Source: an uncultured bacterium
GTDB lineage: Bacteria; Hydrogenedentota; Hydrogenedentia; Hydrogenedentales; JAEUWI01
Assembly: GCA_963977445.1 (NCBI GenBank)
Contig: CAXBPH010000063.1
Span: 1-29,057 of the forward strand
Length of the DNA: 29,057 nt
Reading direction: 5' to 3'
Both the position numbers and the translations under genes were made by a program. This document shows, piece after piece, positions 17,430 through 26,772 of this stretch (position 1 is its first letter; every line of letters starts with the position of its first letter). Below the pieces are notes generated by a model that saw nothing but the letters and a program-made list of their open reading frames with translations, was not told where the DNA came from and did no database searches.

Positions 17430-17470
17430 ATACCCGTTGGTGATGCTTGGCTTCACCAACGGGTATTTTT
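17430..17470 (+). terminator. Intrinsic terminator downstream of the small ORF
   Basis: Perfect 14-bp stem ATACCCGTTGGTGA (17430-17443) / TCACCAACGGGTAT (17453-17466), followed by a T tract. Confidence 0.88.
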
Positions 17471-17565
17471 GTATTCCAGTTGGGCCCAATGCCGCCCGTT
17501 CCATTGGGACTGGTCTCGTGTGATCTGCTATGCTGAAGTAGCATTTTTAATCGAAGTGAGCACGA

Positions 17566-20500
17566 ATGAAGTACCTGTTGGAGGCCCAAGTTTTGCGACA
17601 CCCTGAATTTACCGTGTCGAGTCGGCTGACGGGAGCGGTGGCAGCAATCTGTCTGAGTTTCCCCCATCTTGCCAACGCGGAGACGCCTGATTACGCCCGT
17701 GACGTTGCACCGATCCTCGCGGCCCATTGCTATGAATGCCACGGCCCTGACGCCCGAAAGGGTGGACTTCGCTTGAGCAACAAAGAGGATGCCCTACTGG
17801 GAGGCGACTCCGGGGCCTCACCCTTTGAAGCACACGAAGGCACGGTTCCCCTTCTCCACCGTATATTGTCTTCCGACGAAGAAAAGCAGATGCCGCCCAA
17901 GGGCGATCGCGTCCCCCCGGCATCGATAGCGATCCTGGAAAAGTGGATTGCTGCGGGCGCACCCTGGGGCGGTGCATCCACGGAAGAGGCCGATGAGGGT
18001 GCCCAAAAGGAAGTTTTCTGGTCCTTCAAGAAACCGGAATCCAAGGTCCCCCCATCGGTGGATGGCCAGGCGTGGGGCACGAACCCCATTGACGGATTCA
18101 TTTATCAGGGGATGCTCGCCCAGGGCCTGGAGCCATCTCCCGAAGCAGACCGGCATACCTTGATTCGCCGACTCAGTCTGGATCTCCGTGGTTTGCCCCC
18201 GACCCCCGAAGAAGTTACTGCCTTTGTCGCCGATGAACGGCCCGACGCCTACGCGCGGTTGGTGGAGTCCTTCATGGCTTCCGCCCACTATGGGGAGCGG
18301 CAGGCCATTTCCTGGTTGGATGTGGCCCGTTTCGCCGATACGAATGGCTATGAGAAAGACAGGCCTCGGAGTATCTGGCCCTATCGCGATTGGGTTATTG
18401 ATGCATTTAATGAGGATATGCCCTTTGATCGATTTGTTATCGAACAACTCGCTGGCGATCTGCTGCCGTCCCCCACGCTGGCCCAACGCATCGCCACGGG
18501 CTTTCATCGCAACGTGATGCTCAATGAAGAGGGCGGCATCGATGTCGAGGAGTTCCGCTTCAAGAACGTGGTGGATCGCGCCAACACCACCGCCACCGCC
18601 TTATTGGGACTAACCTTTGCCTGCGCCCAGTGCCACACCCACAAGTATGACCCCATCTCCCAGCGGGAGTATTATCAGTTCTTTGCGTTTTTCAACAACA
18701 CGGATGATCTGACCCTGGACGTGCCCGACACGGTAATTGCCGAGAAACGGGTTGCGCACCAGACCCGTATTGATGCTCTCCGTGCCAGCCTGCGGGAAAA
18801 GTTTCCGGCAGGCGACTATGGGCCACAACATGCCGTGCTGACGCCGGACACGGCCGAGGCGTCCGCAGGCGGTCCCCTCCCGGTGAACCCTGAGGGGGTT
18901 GTCGACGTTTCGACCGCCGATGCCGAGAAGAACACCTACATTGTGTCGGCGACCTTGCCCGCGGGCCGGGTCGATGGTATCGGTCTAACCGTGTTCAGCG
19001 AAGGAAACGGTCCGGGACGTACGCCCCACGGGAACTTCGTGCTCAGTGAAATCAGTGCGTCGCTGGTCTCCGGGGAAGATCGAAAGTCCCTGACCTTCGG
19101 AAAAGGCGAGACGACTTTTTCGCAGGAGAACTACCCCATCGCTGCCGCCATAGATGGCAACCTGAACACGGGTTGGGGCATTGCCGGTGACCCGGCGGGG
19201 ATTGGTGGTGATCGGGAGGCTACGTTTTATTTCGCCGAAGCCCTCGACCTGCCTGCGGCGACCACCATCGAACTTCGCCTGGAGCAGCAACTTGGTAATC
19301 GCCACACGTTGGGCAACTTTCGGCTGGACGCGATTAGCGTACCCGTGCCCGATGAAACCAAGTCGGAAGAAGCGCGGCGCGCCGAGTATTTTGAGAAGGA
19401 ATTTGCGGCCTGGGCCGACGCAACGGTTGCCAGGAGTCAGCCATGGACGCCCCTCACGCCCCTCGAAATGTCTGCCGAGAAACACACGACCCTGGTACGT
19501 CTGGAAGATGATTCCATCCTGGCCACCGGTGACCTGCCCAACAACGACATCTATACGCTCTCTCTCCGGACCGATGCCCGGGACATCTCCGGAATTCGTC
19601 TTGAGGTGCTGCCCGATGAAAGTCTACCCGGTGGCGGTCCCGGTCGGGGTGTCATTCTTTCCGAGGGGGACTTTCTCCTCACGGGTATCAAGGTTAGTGC
19701 GGCTCCCTGGTATCACCCCGAGGACCGACAGCCTGTGGCCATAGCTCAGGCCACAGAAAGTTTTGCCAACGGCGACAAGACGGCCGCACAATCCCTGGAT
19801 GGTAAGGCCGATACAGGCTGGTCCATACATGGAGCCGAAGGGAAAGCCAACGCGGCGGTCTATGGGCTGGCGTCTCCCGTCGATTTCGAAGGCGGTACGG
19901 TTTTCTACATTACGCTGGAGCAAAAGTATATACACCAGCACACGATTGGACGGTTCAGACTGTCCGTTACCTCGGCAACCACTCCGGTGGCGTCGGGCGT
20001 GCCCGCTGCTATCGAGGCGATGTTGCTTTCCGATGAGCGCGGAGCCGGGGAGCAACAGACCTTAGAGGACTATTTCCTGAATCACACGCCACTTCTGGCG
20101 ACGGCGCAGGAAGAGATTGAAAAATTGGAAAACAGCCGCCCGTTGTTCCCTACAACGCTGGCGCTGGAAGAGCGGGAACAGGTTCGCACCGCCCACGTGC
20201 ACCATCGCGGAGAATTCTTACAGCCGAGGGCCGCGGTGCGTCCCGACGTGCCCGAGGTGTTGCCTCCCTTACCCGAGTTTGCCCCACGAAATCGCCTGAC
20301 CCTCGCGAAGTGGCTGGTCAGCGAAGAAAATCCGCTCACCGCCCGGGTTACCATGAACCGGCTCTGGCAGCAGATTTTCGGCCGGGGCATCGTCAACACG
20401 ACCGAAGATTTCGGGATAATGGGTGAGGCGCCCTCCCACCCTGAATTGCTCGACTGGCTCGCGGTAGAATTCATGCGGCGGGGCTGGAGTATGAAGGAAA

Positions 20501-21228
20501 TGGTTCGGCTCTTGGTCATGTCGGACACCTATCGGCAGGCGGCCACAATTACGCCTGAGAAAAAACGCATCGATCCAACCAACGTCTACCTTGCCCGGGC
20601 TCCCCGTTTTCGCGTGGACGCCGAACTGGTGCGGGATATTGCCCTGGCGGCGAGTGGCTCGCTGGACGAGTCGGTTGGTGGACCGAGCGTATTTCCTCCC
20701 TTGCCCGACGGTCTGTTGCAGTTTGTGTACGGTGGCTTCAACTGGGAAACCGACACGGGGGCTGATCGCCAGCGTCGGGGTATGTATACCTATTGGAAAC
20801 GGATGTTGCCCTATCCCACGGCGGCGGTGTTTGATGCACCCTCCCGTGATATGGTCTGCGTGCGCCGTCTGCGTACCAACACCCCTATGCAGGCCCTCAC
20901 CCTGCTGAACGATGAGGTCTTTATGGACGCGGCACGAAGCATGGCCGCAACGATTCTTTCGGAGTCTCCGCTCGATTCGGAATCCCGAATGCGCGATTTG
21001 TTCATGCGCTGTCTGTCACGCTATCCGGACCAGATGGAAGCGGAAGCGCTCCTGGAGTATTTGGCGGAGCAGCGAGAGCTTCTATCGCAACAAAGTCCGG
21101 ATTTGGTGGCGGCCCTCTTGAACAGTACCGAGCCGACGACCGACCCTGCCGTACAGATAGAACGGGCCGCGTGGACCCTCGTGTGTCGCGCCGTGTTAAA
21201 CTTAGATGAAACAATTACCCGAGGCTAA
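17566..21228 (+). CDS. Planctomycete cytochrome c (PSCyt1) + DUF1549 (PSCyt2) + DUF1553 (PSD1) multidomain protein; exact start uncertain
   Basis: CYECHG and CAQCH heme motifs; NPIDGFI, LIRRLSLDLRGLPPT, WLDVARFADTNGYEKD, NPLTARVTMNRLWQ, PSHPELLDWLA, TNTPMQALTLLND, NLDETITR. Confidence 0.93.
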   Translation: MKYLLEAQVLRHPEFTVSSRLTGAVAAICLSFPHLANAETPDYARDVAPILAAHCYECHGPDARKGGLRLSNKEDALLGGDSGASPFEAHEGTVPLLHRILSSDEEKQMPPKGDRVPPASIAILEKWIAAGAPWGGASTEEADEGAQKEVFWSFKKPESKVPPSVDGQAWGTNPIDGFIYQGMLAQGLEPSPEADRHTLIRRLSLDLRGLPPTPEEVTAFVADERPDAYARLVESFMASAHYGERQAISWLDVARFADTNGYEKDRPRSIWPYRDWVIDAFNEDMPFDRFVIEQLAGDLLPSPTLAQRIATGFHRNVMLNEEGGIDVEEFRFKNVVDRANTTATALLGLTFACAQCHTHKYDPISQREYYQFFAFFNNTDDLTLDVPDTVIAEKRVAHQTRIDALRASLREKFPAGDYGPQHAVLTPDTAEASAGGPLPVNPEGVVDVSTADAEKNTYIVSATLPAGRVDGIGLTVFSEGNGPGRTPHGNFVLSEISASLVSGEDRKSLTFGKGETTFSQENYPIAAAIDGNLNTGWGIAGDPAGIGGDREATFYFAEALDLPAATTIELRLEQQLGNRHTLGNFRLDAISVPVPDETKSEEARRAEYFEKEFAAWADATVARSQPWTPLTPLEMSAEKHTTLVRLEDDSILATGDLPNNDIYTLSLRTDARDISGIRLEVLPDESLPGGGPGRGVILSEGDFLLTGIKVSAAPWYHPEDRQPVAIAQATESFANGDKTAAQSLDGKADTGWSIHGAEGKANAAVYGLASPVDFEGGTVFYITLEQKYIHQHTIGRFRLSVTSATTPVASGVPAAIEAMLLSDERGAGEQQTLEDYFLNHTPLLATAQEEIEKLENSRPLFPTTLALEEREQVRTAHVHHRGEFLQPRAAVRPDVPEVLPPLPEFAPRNRLTLAKWLVSEENPLTARVTMNRLWQQIFGRGIVNTTEDFGIMGEAPSHPELLDWLAVEFMRRGWSMKEMVRLLVMSDTYRQAATITPEKKRIDPTNVYLARAPRFRVDAELVRDIALAASGSLDESVGGPSVFPPLPDGLLQFVYGGFNWETDTGADRQRRGMYTYWKRMLPYPTAAVFDAPSRDMVCVRRLRTNTPMQALTLLNDEVFMDAARSMAATILSESPLDSESRMRDLFMRCLSRYPDQMEAEALLEYLAEQRELLSQQSPDLVAALLNSTEPTTDPAVQIERAAWTLVCRAVLNLDETITRG

Positions 21229-21232
21229 GCCC

Positions 21233-22675
21233 ATGTTGGATAGAGACGATACACTACATAACCCGTTGCACCAGACCACCCGTCGCCACTTTTTTCGTGA
21301 GTGTGGCGTGGGCGTGGGAAAGATTGCGTTGGCTTCGTTGCTGTGCGGACGGGCCGCCCAGGCGTCGACCCCAGTCAACCCCCTGGCCCCGAAGCCGTCC
21401 CATTTTGAGGCGAAGGCGAAACACGTTATCTATCTCTTCATGGCGGGTGCGCCCAGCCAGCTTGATCTTTTTGACCACAAGCCGGTTCTGACCAAATATG
21501 ACGGCCAGCCCATCCCCTCAGACCTGGTAAAAGACCAGCGTTACGCCTTTATCCAGCCCGACGCCAATCTCATGTCCTCCCGCTTCGCCTTCAACCGACA
21601 TGGCCAATCCGGGGCGGAACTCTCCGAGCTACTCCCCCATCTTTCCTCCGTGGCAGATGATCTCGCGATCATTCGTTCGGTCCACACCGACCAGTTCAAC
21701 CATGCGCCAGCGCAGCTGTTCATCAACACGGGTTCTCCCCTCCAGGGCCGCCCATGTATTGGTTCCTGGGCGACCTATGGATTGGGCAGTCTGGCCGACG
21801 ATTTGCCTGGCTTTGTCGTGTTGAATTCGGGGGCTGGAACCAGCGCCGGGGCCCACAACTGGGGCTGTGGCTTTCTGCCCACCGAGTACCAGGGCGTGCC
21901 ATTCCGCAGCCAAGGCAATCCCATCCTCAATGTGAACAGCCCCGAAGGCATCAGTGCCCAGATACAGCGCAACAGTATAGACTTGATTAATTCGCTTAAC
22001 CATCACCGATTCGATGCGGTTGCTGATCCCGAGATTACGGCCCGTATCAACGCCTATGAAATGGCCTATAAGATGCAGAGCAGCGCGCCCGATCTCATTG
22101 ACCTGGGTCAGGAAAGTCAGGAAACGTTGGACCTCTACGGTGCCGATCCCGCCCAGCCCTCCTTTGCGAACAATTGCCTTTTGGCACGCCGCATGGTGGA
22201 ACGGGGCGTTCGCTTCGTGAATTGCTATCATGGCAGCTGGGATCACCACAGCGATGTGGCCGGCGGGTTGAAGAGCAAGTGTGCTGAGACCGACCAGGCC
22301 TGCGCTGCGCTTATCACCGACTTGAAGCGCCGGGGGCTTCTGGAAGACACCCTGGTCGTCTGGGGTGGCGAATTTGGCCGGACCCCCATGGTGGAATCCA
22401 TCGCCGCTCTGGGGCGCAGTATGGGACGGGACCACCATCCCCAGGCCTTCACCATGTGGATGGCGGGCGGTGGTGTAAAAGCAGGTCAGACCATTGGGGC
22501 AACAGATGATTTCGGCTTCAATGTCGTGGAAAAGCCGGTGCACGTGCACGATTTGCAGGCGACTATCCTCCATCTCATGGGGATGAATCACGAGCGGCTC
22601 ACCTTCAATTACCAGGGCCGGAATTTTCGCCTTACCGACGTCTTCGGTAATGTGGTCGAGGAACTCATCGCTTAG
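21233..22675 (+). CDS. DUF1501 domain protein (sulfatase-like, Tat-exported)
   Basis: Tat motif TRRHFF; AKHVIYLFMAGAPSQLDLFD, GVRFV, WDHH, TLVVWGGEFGRTP, GRDHHP, HVHDLQATILHLMG. Typical partner of PSD1 proteins. Confidence 0.93.
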   Translation: MLDRDDTLHNPLHQTTRRHFFRECGVGVGKIALASLLCGRAAQASTPVNPLAPKPSHFEAKAKHVIYLFMAGAPSQLDLFDHKPVLTKYDGQPIPSDLVKDQRYAFIQPDANLMSSRFAFNRHGQSGAELSELLPHLSSVADDLAIIRSVHTDQFNHAPAQLFINTGSPLQGRPCIGSWATYGLGSLADDLPGFVVLNSGAGTSAGAHNWGCGFLPTEYQGVPFRSQGNPILNVNSPEGISAQIQRNSIDLINSLNHHRFDAVADPEITARINAYEMAYKMQSSAPDLIDLGQESQETLDLYGADPAQPSFANNCLLARRMVERGVRFVNCYHGSWDHHSDVAGGLKSKCAETDQACAALITDLKRRGLLEDTLVVWGGEFGRTPMVESIAALGRSMGRDHHPQAFTMWMAGGGVKAGQTIGATDDFGFNVVEKPVHVHDLQATILHLMGMNHERLTFNYQGRNFRLTDVFGNVVEELIA

Positions 22676-23274
22676 GGTTGCACTTCCTTGTCTCTTGTCG
22701 CCTCTATCCAGTCCACTTCGAGATGAAAGGCCCCGGGATTCTTATCCGCGAGGAGGAATCCTACCGTGACCACGGCAGCGCCTTCGAAAGTCGGATAGTC
22801 CGTCAAGACCCGCCCACGAAATGACGCCTCAAAATCTGATAGCGGCAGCTCCACCTCCTGCCACGTATCGGCTTTCGTCTCGAACTGTGCCCGGTAACTG
22901 GCGCCGTCAAAATTGCCATCGGTCCGTACGCGAAACTGATAGGTGCGGCCATCCCCTTTGATGCGAAGGTGGAAGGCCGATGCGTTGGTGTAGGCACCCG
23001 GTCGTGGCCCTGAACGGACCGACGAAAAGCCCCCATTGTTCTCCATAGAGAGCTCCCCCGCGAAGATACCCAGGCCAGAGTCTACTCGCCAGGATCCTTT
23101 CGAGCGCCCGCCCATGACGCCGTCGTCAATGATTCTCCAGTTACCATCTCCGTCGTCGAAACCAATTCGCCCGGCGCTGTCTTGGCGGGAAACCGGTTGT
23201 GGTGACGCACCCCCACTTTCGGGGGCCATGAGTTGGGTGACCAGACCACCCAAAAACAGACTGATGTAAAGCAT
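22672..23274 (-). CDS. CIA30 family (complex I intermediate-associated protein 30) protein
   Basis: WRIIDDGVMGGRS, LSMENNGGFSSVRS, KGDGRTYQF, LPLSDF.ASFRGR and GFLLADK.PG.F.LEV motifs; AGGAGG SD. Confidence 0.92.
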   Translation of the reverse strand: MLYISLFLGGLVTQLMAPESGGASPQPVSRQDSAGRIGFDDGDGNWRIIDDGVMGGRSKGSWRVDSGLGIFAGELSMENNGGFSSVRSGPRPGAYTNASAFHLRIKGDGRTYQFRVRTDGNFDGASYRAQFETKADTWQEVELPLSDFEASFRGRVLTDYPTFEGAAVVTVGFLLADKNPGAFHLEVDWIEATRDKEVQP

Positions 23275-23357
23275 GGCGTAGTTCCTCCTGATTTTGCATG
23301 GATGTAAGAATCGTCAAATTCGCACGAGCGCCTTCGCGAGACCGTAGTTTCAACTCC

Positions 23358-23435
23358 AGTATAGCGGAACCTGAACAACATGTCTAGTCAATCATTGACA
23401 AAAGTTAGACAATGATGTAGTCTAAGGTATAGACA
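23358..23435. promoter_or_regulatory. Back-to-back sigma70 promoters with TnnACA boxes
   Basis: Plus strand: TTGACA 23395-23400, 17 bp, TAGTCT 23418-23423. Minus strand: TAGACA 23386-23381, 17 bp, TATACT 23363-23358. Extra TAGACA at 23406 and 23430. Confidence 0.72.
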
Positions 23436-23469
23436 GTGTCCGCAACTTGGGAAGAAAGGGCTCGACAAC

Positions 23470-24720
23470 ATGAGAATCGCAATAATTGGTGGCGGCATTT
23501 CCGGCTTGGTCGCCGCCTATCAACTTCAAGCGAAAGCCGATGTGTCGCTTTTTGAGGCCAATGACTATATCGGTGGTCACACCCACACGATCGATGTGTC
23601 AGAAGGTAATCGCTCTCTGGCGATTGATACGGGTTTTATTGTTTATAACAACTGGACCTATCCCAACTTTATCCGCCTTTTGGAGCGCTTGAAGGTGGAG
23701 ACCCAGGCGAGCGATATGTCTTTTGCCCTTTCCGATCCGACGTCTGGTTTTGCCTATGCCGCGCCCCGGTTAAGCGGTTTGTTTGCCCAGAAGAAAAACG
23801 CCCTGAGCCCCACTTTTTATCGCATGTTGTGGGATATTGTCCGGTTCAGTAAAGATGGCCCGGCCTTCCTCCGGGACTGTGGCGACGACGTTCCCCTTTC
23901 GGTGTTTTTCGAGCGGGGACGTTACTCTACCGTCTTTCTCGAACGGTATCTTGTCCCTATGATATCGGCCATCTGGTCATCGGGTTGCGATGAGGTCGCT
24001 GACCTGCCAGCGCGTTATTTTTTGAATTTTTTTGAGAACCATGGACTGATGAATCTCAAGGAACGTCCCCAGTGGCGCGTTATAACGGGTGGCTCACGTA
24101 ACTATATCGCTCCCCTCATCGCGACGTTTCAAGAACGGGTCCATCTTCGTTCTCCGGTGCGCAAGGTCACTCGATATCTGGATAAGGTGACGCTGACCAT
24201 GCCCAATGAGGACGAACATTCTTTTGATCATGTGGTTCTTGCTGTACATAGCAATCAGGCCCTTCGCATGCTTTCCGAACCCAGTGACGCGGAGCGTGAC
24301 ATATTGGGCGCGATTCCCTACCAACCCAACGAGGTTGCCTTGCACACGGACACGTCCCTATTGCCTGAAAATAGAAAAGCCTGGGCCAGTTGGAACTATC
24401 GGATGACCGATAACGGCACCAACCGGGCGAAATTGACCTACCACATGAATCGTTTGCAGTCCCTGAACACGAAACGGGACTATTTGGTGTCGCTGAATCA
24501 GAATGACGATCTGGATGGGAAACACTGTATCGGACGCTACAACTACAGTCACCCGACCTTCAGTTCGGCGGCGGTGGCGGCGCAGAAGCGCCACAACGAG
24601 ATCAGTGGCGTCAATCGCACCCACTACTGTGGTGCCTACTGGGGTTATGGATTTCATGAGGATGGCGTTAAGAGCGCACTGGATGCATGCGCCTGGTTTG
24701 ACGCGGGGGCGCTGCTATGA
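23470..24720 (+). CDS. FAD-dependent oxidoreductase (amine-oxidase-like; UfaD-like fatty-acid desaturase candidate)
   Basis: MRIAIIGGGISGL Rossmann motif, GGHTHT, DTGFIVYN..TYPNF, AWASWNY, Y.HP, CGAYWGYGFHEDG. Confidence 0.9.
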   Translation: MRIAIIGGGISGLVAAYQLQAKADVSLFEANDYIGGHTHTIDVSEGNRSLAIDTGFIVYNNWTYPNFIRLLERLKVETQASDMSFALSDPTSGFAYAAPRLSGLFAQKKNALSPTFYRMLWDIVRFSKDGPAFLRDCGDDVPLSVFFERGRYSTVFLERYLVPMISAIWSSGCDEVADLPARYFLNFFENHGLMNLKERPQWRVITGGSRNYIAPLIATFQERVHLRSPVRKVTRYLDKVTLTMPNEDEHSFDHVVLAVHSNQALRMLSEPSDAERDILGAIPYQPNEVALHTDTSLLPENRKAWASWNYRMTDNGTNRAKLTYHMNRLQSLNTKRDYLVSLNQNDDLDGKHCIGRYNYSHPTFSSAAVAAQKRHNEISGVNRTHYCGAYWGYGFHEDGVKSALDACAWFDAGALL

Positions 24721-25490
24721 ACGCGGCCCTCTATAGCGGAAACGTTTGGCATGCCCGCCGTCGTCCCAAAGTCCACACCTTTCGGTATCGGCTTTTCATG
24801 GTCTGGCTGGATATTGACGAACTGGACCAGATTTTTGCGGGGCGCATTGCCTGGTCCCATCGCTTCCCCACGCTGGCCTGGTTTCGCAGGAAAGATCACT
24901 TTGGCGATCCGTCTGTGTCCCTCGGTGATGTCGTTCGAGACACGGTAGCGGAGGCCACGGGTACGCGGCCCGAGGGTCCTATTCGTCTGTTGACCCACTT
25001 GCGCTACTTCGGGATTTACATGAATCCAATTTCCCTCTATTACTGCTACGACAAGGAAGACACCCAAGTGGACTATGTCGTCGCCGAGGTGCACAACACA
25101 CCGTGGAAACAGCGTCACGCCTATGTCTGGCCGGGCGAGATTTGTCGGAATCCCAAAAGTGCATATCGATGCGCAAAGGCCCTGCACGTTTCACCTTTTA
25201 TGGAGATGGACCACGTGTATCGGTGCACCCTGAATGAGCCTGGCGAGGTGCTTCGTGTTCAACTGGACAACGAACAACAGGGGGAGATCGTGTTTGGTGC
25301 AGGTATGGAAATGACCCGCCGGCCGTGGTCCACCATGAACCTCGCCATTATTTTACTGACGTACCCTGTCATGACCTTGCAGGTATTGATGGCTATTTAC
25401 CTACAGGCTTTCCGCCTCTGGTGGAAAGGCATTCCATTTCAACCCCACCCCCGGAAGAGTAATCCCCTGGAGGAACGGAAGGTACCATGA
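24717..25490 (+). CDS. DUF1365 family protein (UfaO-like)
   Basis: LYSG.V.H.RR.P..H.F.Y, NPISLYYCY, VAEVHNTPW..RHAY, KALHVSPFM, IYLQAFRLWWKG.PF..HP; ATGA overlap with the upstream gene. Confidence 0.92.
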   Translation: MNAALYSGNVWHARRRPKVHTFRYRLFMVWLDIDELDQIFAGRIAWSHRFPTLAWFRRKDHFGDPSVSLGDVVRDTVAEATGTRPEGPIRLLTHLRYFGIYMNPISLYYCYDKEDTQVDYVVAEVHNTPWKQRHAYVWPGEICRNPKSAYRCAKALHVSPFMEMDHVYRCTLNEPGEVLRVQLDNEQQGEIVFGAGMEMTRRPWSTMNLAIILLTYPVMTLQVLMAIYLQAFRLWWKGIPFQPHPRKSNPLEERKVP

Positions 25491-26749
25491 AATATTCCGC
25501 CTTTGATATGACCATGTTGGGCGACGTTAATCAGAAGGCCGCTCGGATTGACCTGTTTTGCAGGAAGATTGTGTTGAAACGTCTTTCCCGTCTGGAAGCA
25601 GGCGCGGTTACACTACGAGACCACCATGAAAAGCACTTGTTCGGGAATTATTCAGACGACTTCCCCTTGTCAGCGACGGTGCGGGTATTCAAGCCCCGTT
25701 TTTATGCGCGGATTGCCATGGGCGGGGTTATCGGTGCGGCCGAATCCTATATGGATGGAGACTGGGCCACCGATGATTTGCCGGGGTTGTGCCGCATTCT
25801 GGCTCGCAACGGCGCAACGTTAAGTGCCATGGACAAGCGGATGAGTGCGCTCAAGGCTCCCCTGCTCCGGCTTTATCATGGCCTCAACAAAAACAGTCGC
25901 GGCGGAAGTCGTCGAAATATCGCGGCTCACTATGATTTGGGCAATGAATTTTTTAAGACCTTTCTCGACGACACCATGGCCTATTCCAGTGGCTATTTTG
26001 AATCGGATGGTGATTCCCTGGCCCAGGCGAGTATTAACAAGTTTGATCGTCTTTGCGAGAAGTTACAGTTGAATAAGTCGGACCACCTGCTGGAGATCGG
26101 TAGTGGTTGGGGTGGCTTTGCCTGTCATGCAGCGAAAAAATATGGATGTCGCGTCACGACCGTGACCATCAGCCGGGAGCAATTGGCAGTTACCCGACAG
26201 CGTATCGTGGACGAAAACGTGGGGCATCTTGTCACCGCTAAGTTTTGCGACTATCGCGACATTACGGGCACGTACTCCAAGATTGCCTCCATTGAGATGA
26301 TCGAAGCCGTGGGTCATCAGTATTACCCCACGTTCTTCAAACAGTGTATGCGCCTGTTGCGGGAAGACGGGCTACTCGGTTTGCAGGCCATTACCATTCG
26401 TGACCAGCAATATAATTTTGCCCGGCAGAATGTGGACTTTATCAAGCGCTATATATTTCCCGGGGGATGTCTTCCCTCCCACACGACCTTGTGCCACGTT
26501 ACACCCCGCCATACCGATTTTTCATTGACCCGTGTTGATGATATGACGCCCCACTATGCCCGGACCCTGGCGATCTGGCGGGAGCGTTTCCTCGAAAACG
26601 AACACCGCGTCGCCGGACTCGGCTACTCCGAAGGCTTTCGGCGTATGTGGAATTTCTATTTGTGCTATTGCCAGGCGGGTTTTGAAGAGCATCTCACGGG
26701 GGTGTCGCAGTTGGTCTATGCCCGCCCTGGCTACCGAGCAAGGCTCTAA
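25487..26749 (+). CDS. Cyclopropane-fatty-acyl-phospholipid synthase family SAM methyltransferase (Cfa/UfaM-like)
   Basis: GAAESYMDGDW, NIAAHYDLGNEFF, M.YSS, LEIGSGWGG, SIEMIEAVG, FIKRYIFPGGCLP, RMWNFYL.YC.AGF. Confidence 0.93.
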   Translation: MKYSAFDMTMLGDVNQKAARIDLFCRKIVLKRLSRLEAGAVTLRDHHEKHLFGNYSDDFPLSATVRVFKPRFYARIAMGGVIGAAESYMDGDWATDDLPGLCRILARNGATLSAMDKRMSALKAPLLRLYHGLNKNSRGGSRRNIAAHYDLGNEFFKTFLDDTMAYSSGYFESDGDSLAQASINKFDRLCEKLQLNKSDHLLEIGSGWGGFACHAAKKYGCRVTTVTISREQLAVTRQRIVDENVGHLVTAKFCDYRDITGTYSKIASIEMIEAVGHQYYPTFFKQCMRLLREDGLLGLQAITIRDQQYNFARQNVDFIKRYIFPGGCLPSHTTLCHVTPRHTDFSLTRVDDMTPHYARTLAIWRERFLENEHRVAGLGYSEGFRRMWNFYLCYCQAGFEEHLTGVSQLVYARPGYRARL

Positions 26750-26772
26750 ACAGCAACAACGGAGGACCCACC

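Noticed and set aside
21629..22591. 320-aa minus-strand ORF (and similar long shadow ORFs such as 5772-6620, 12198-12926, 17818-18507)
   Set aside because: They lie fully antisense to well-supported genes, show no motifs, and are expected in GC-rich coding DNA.
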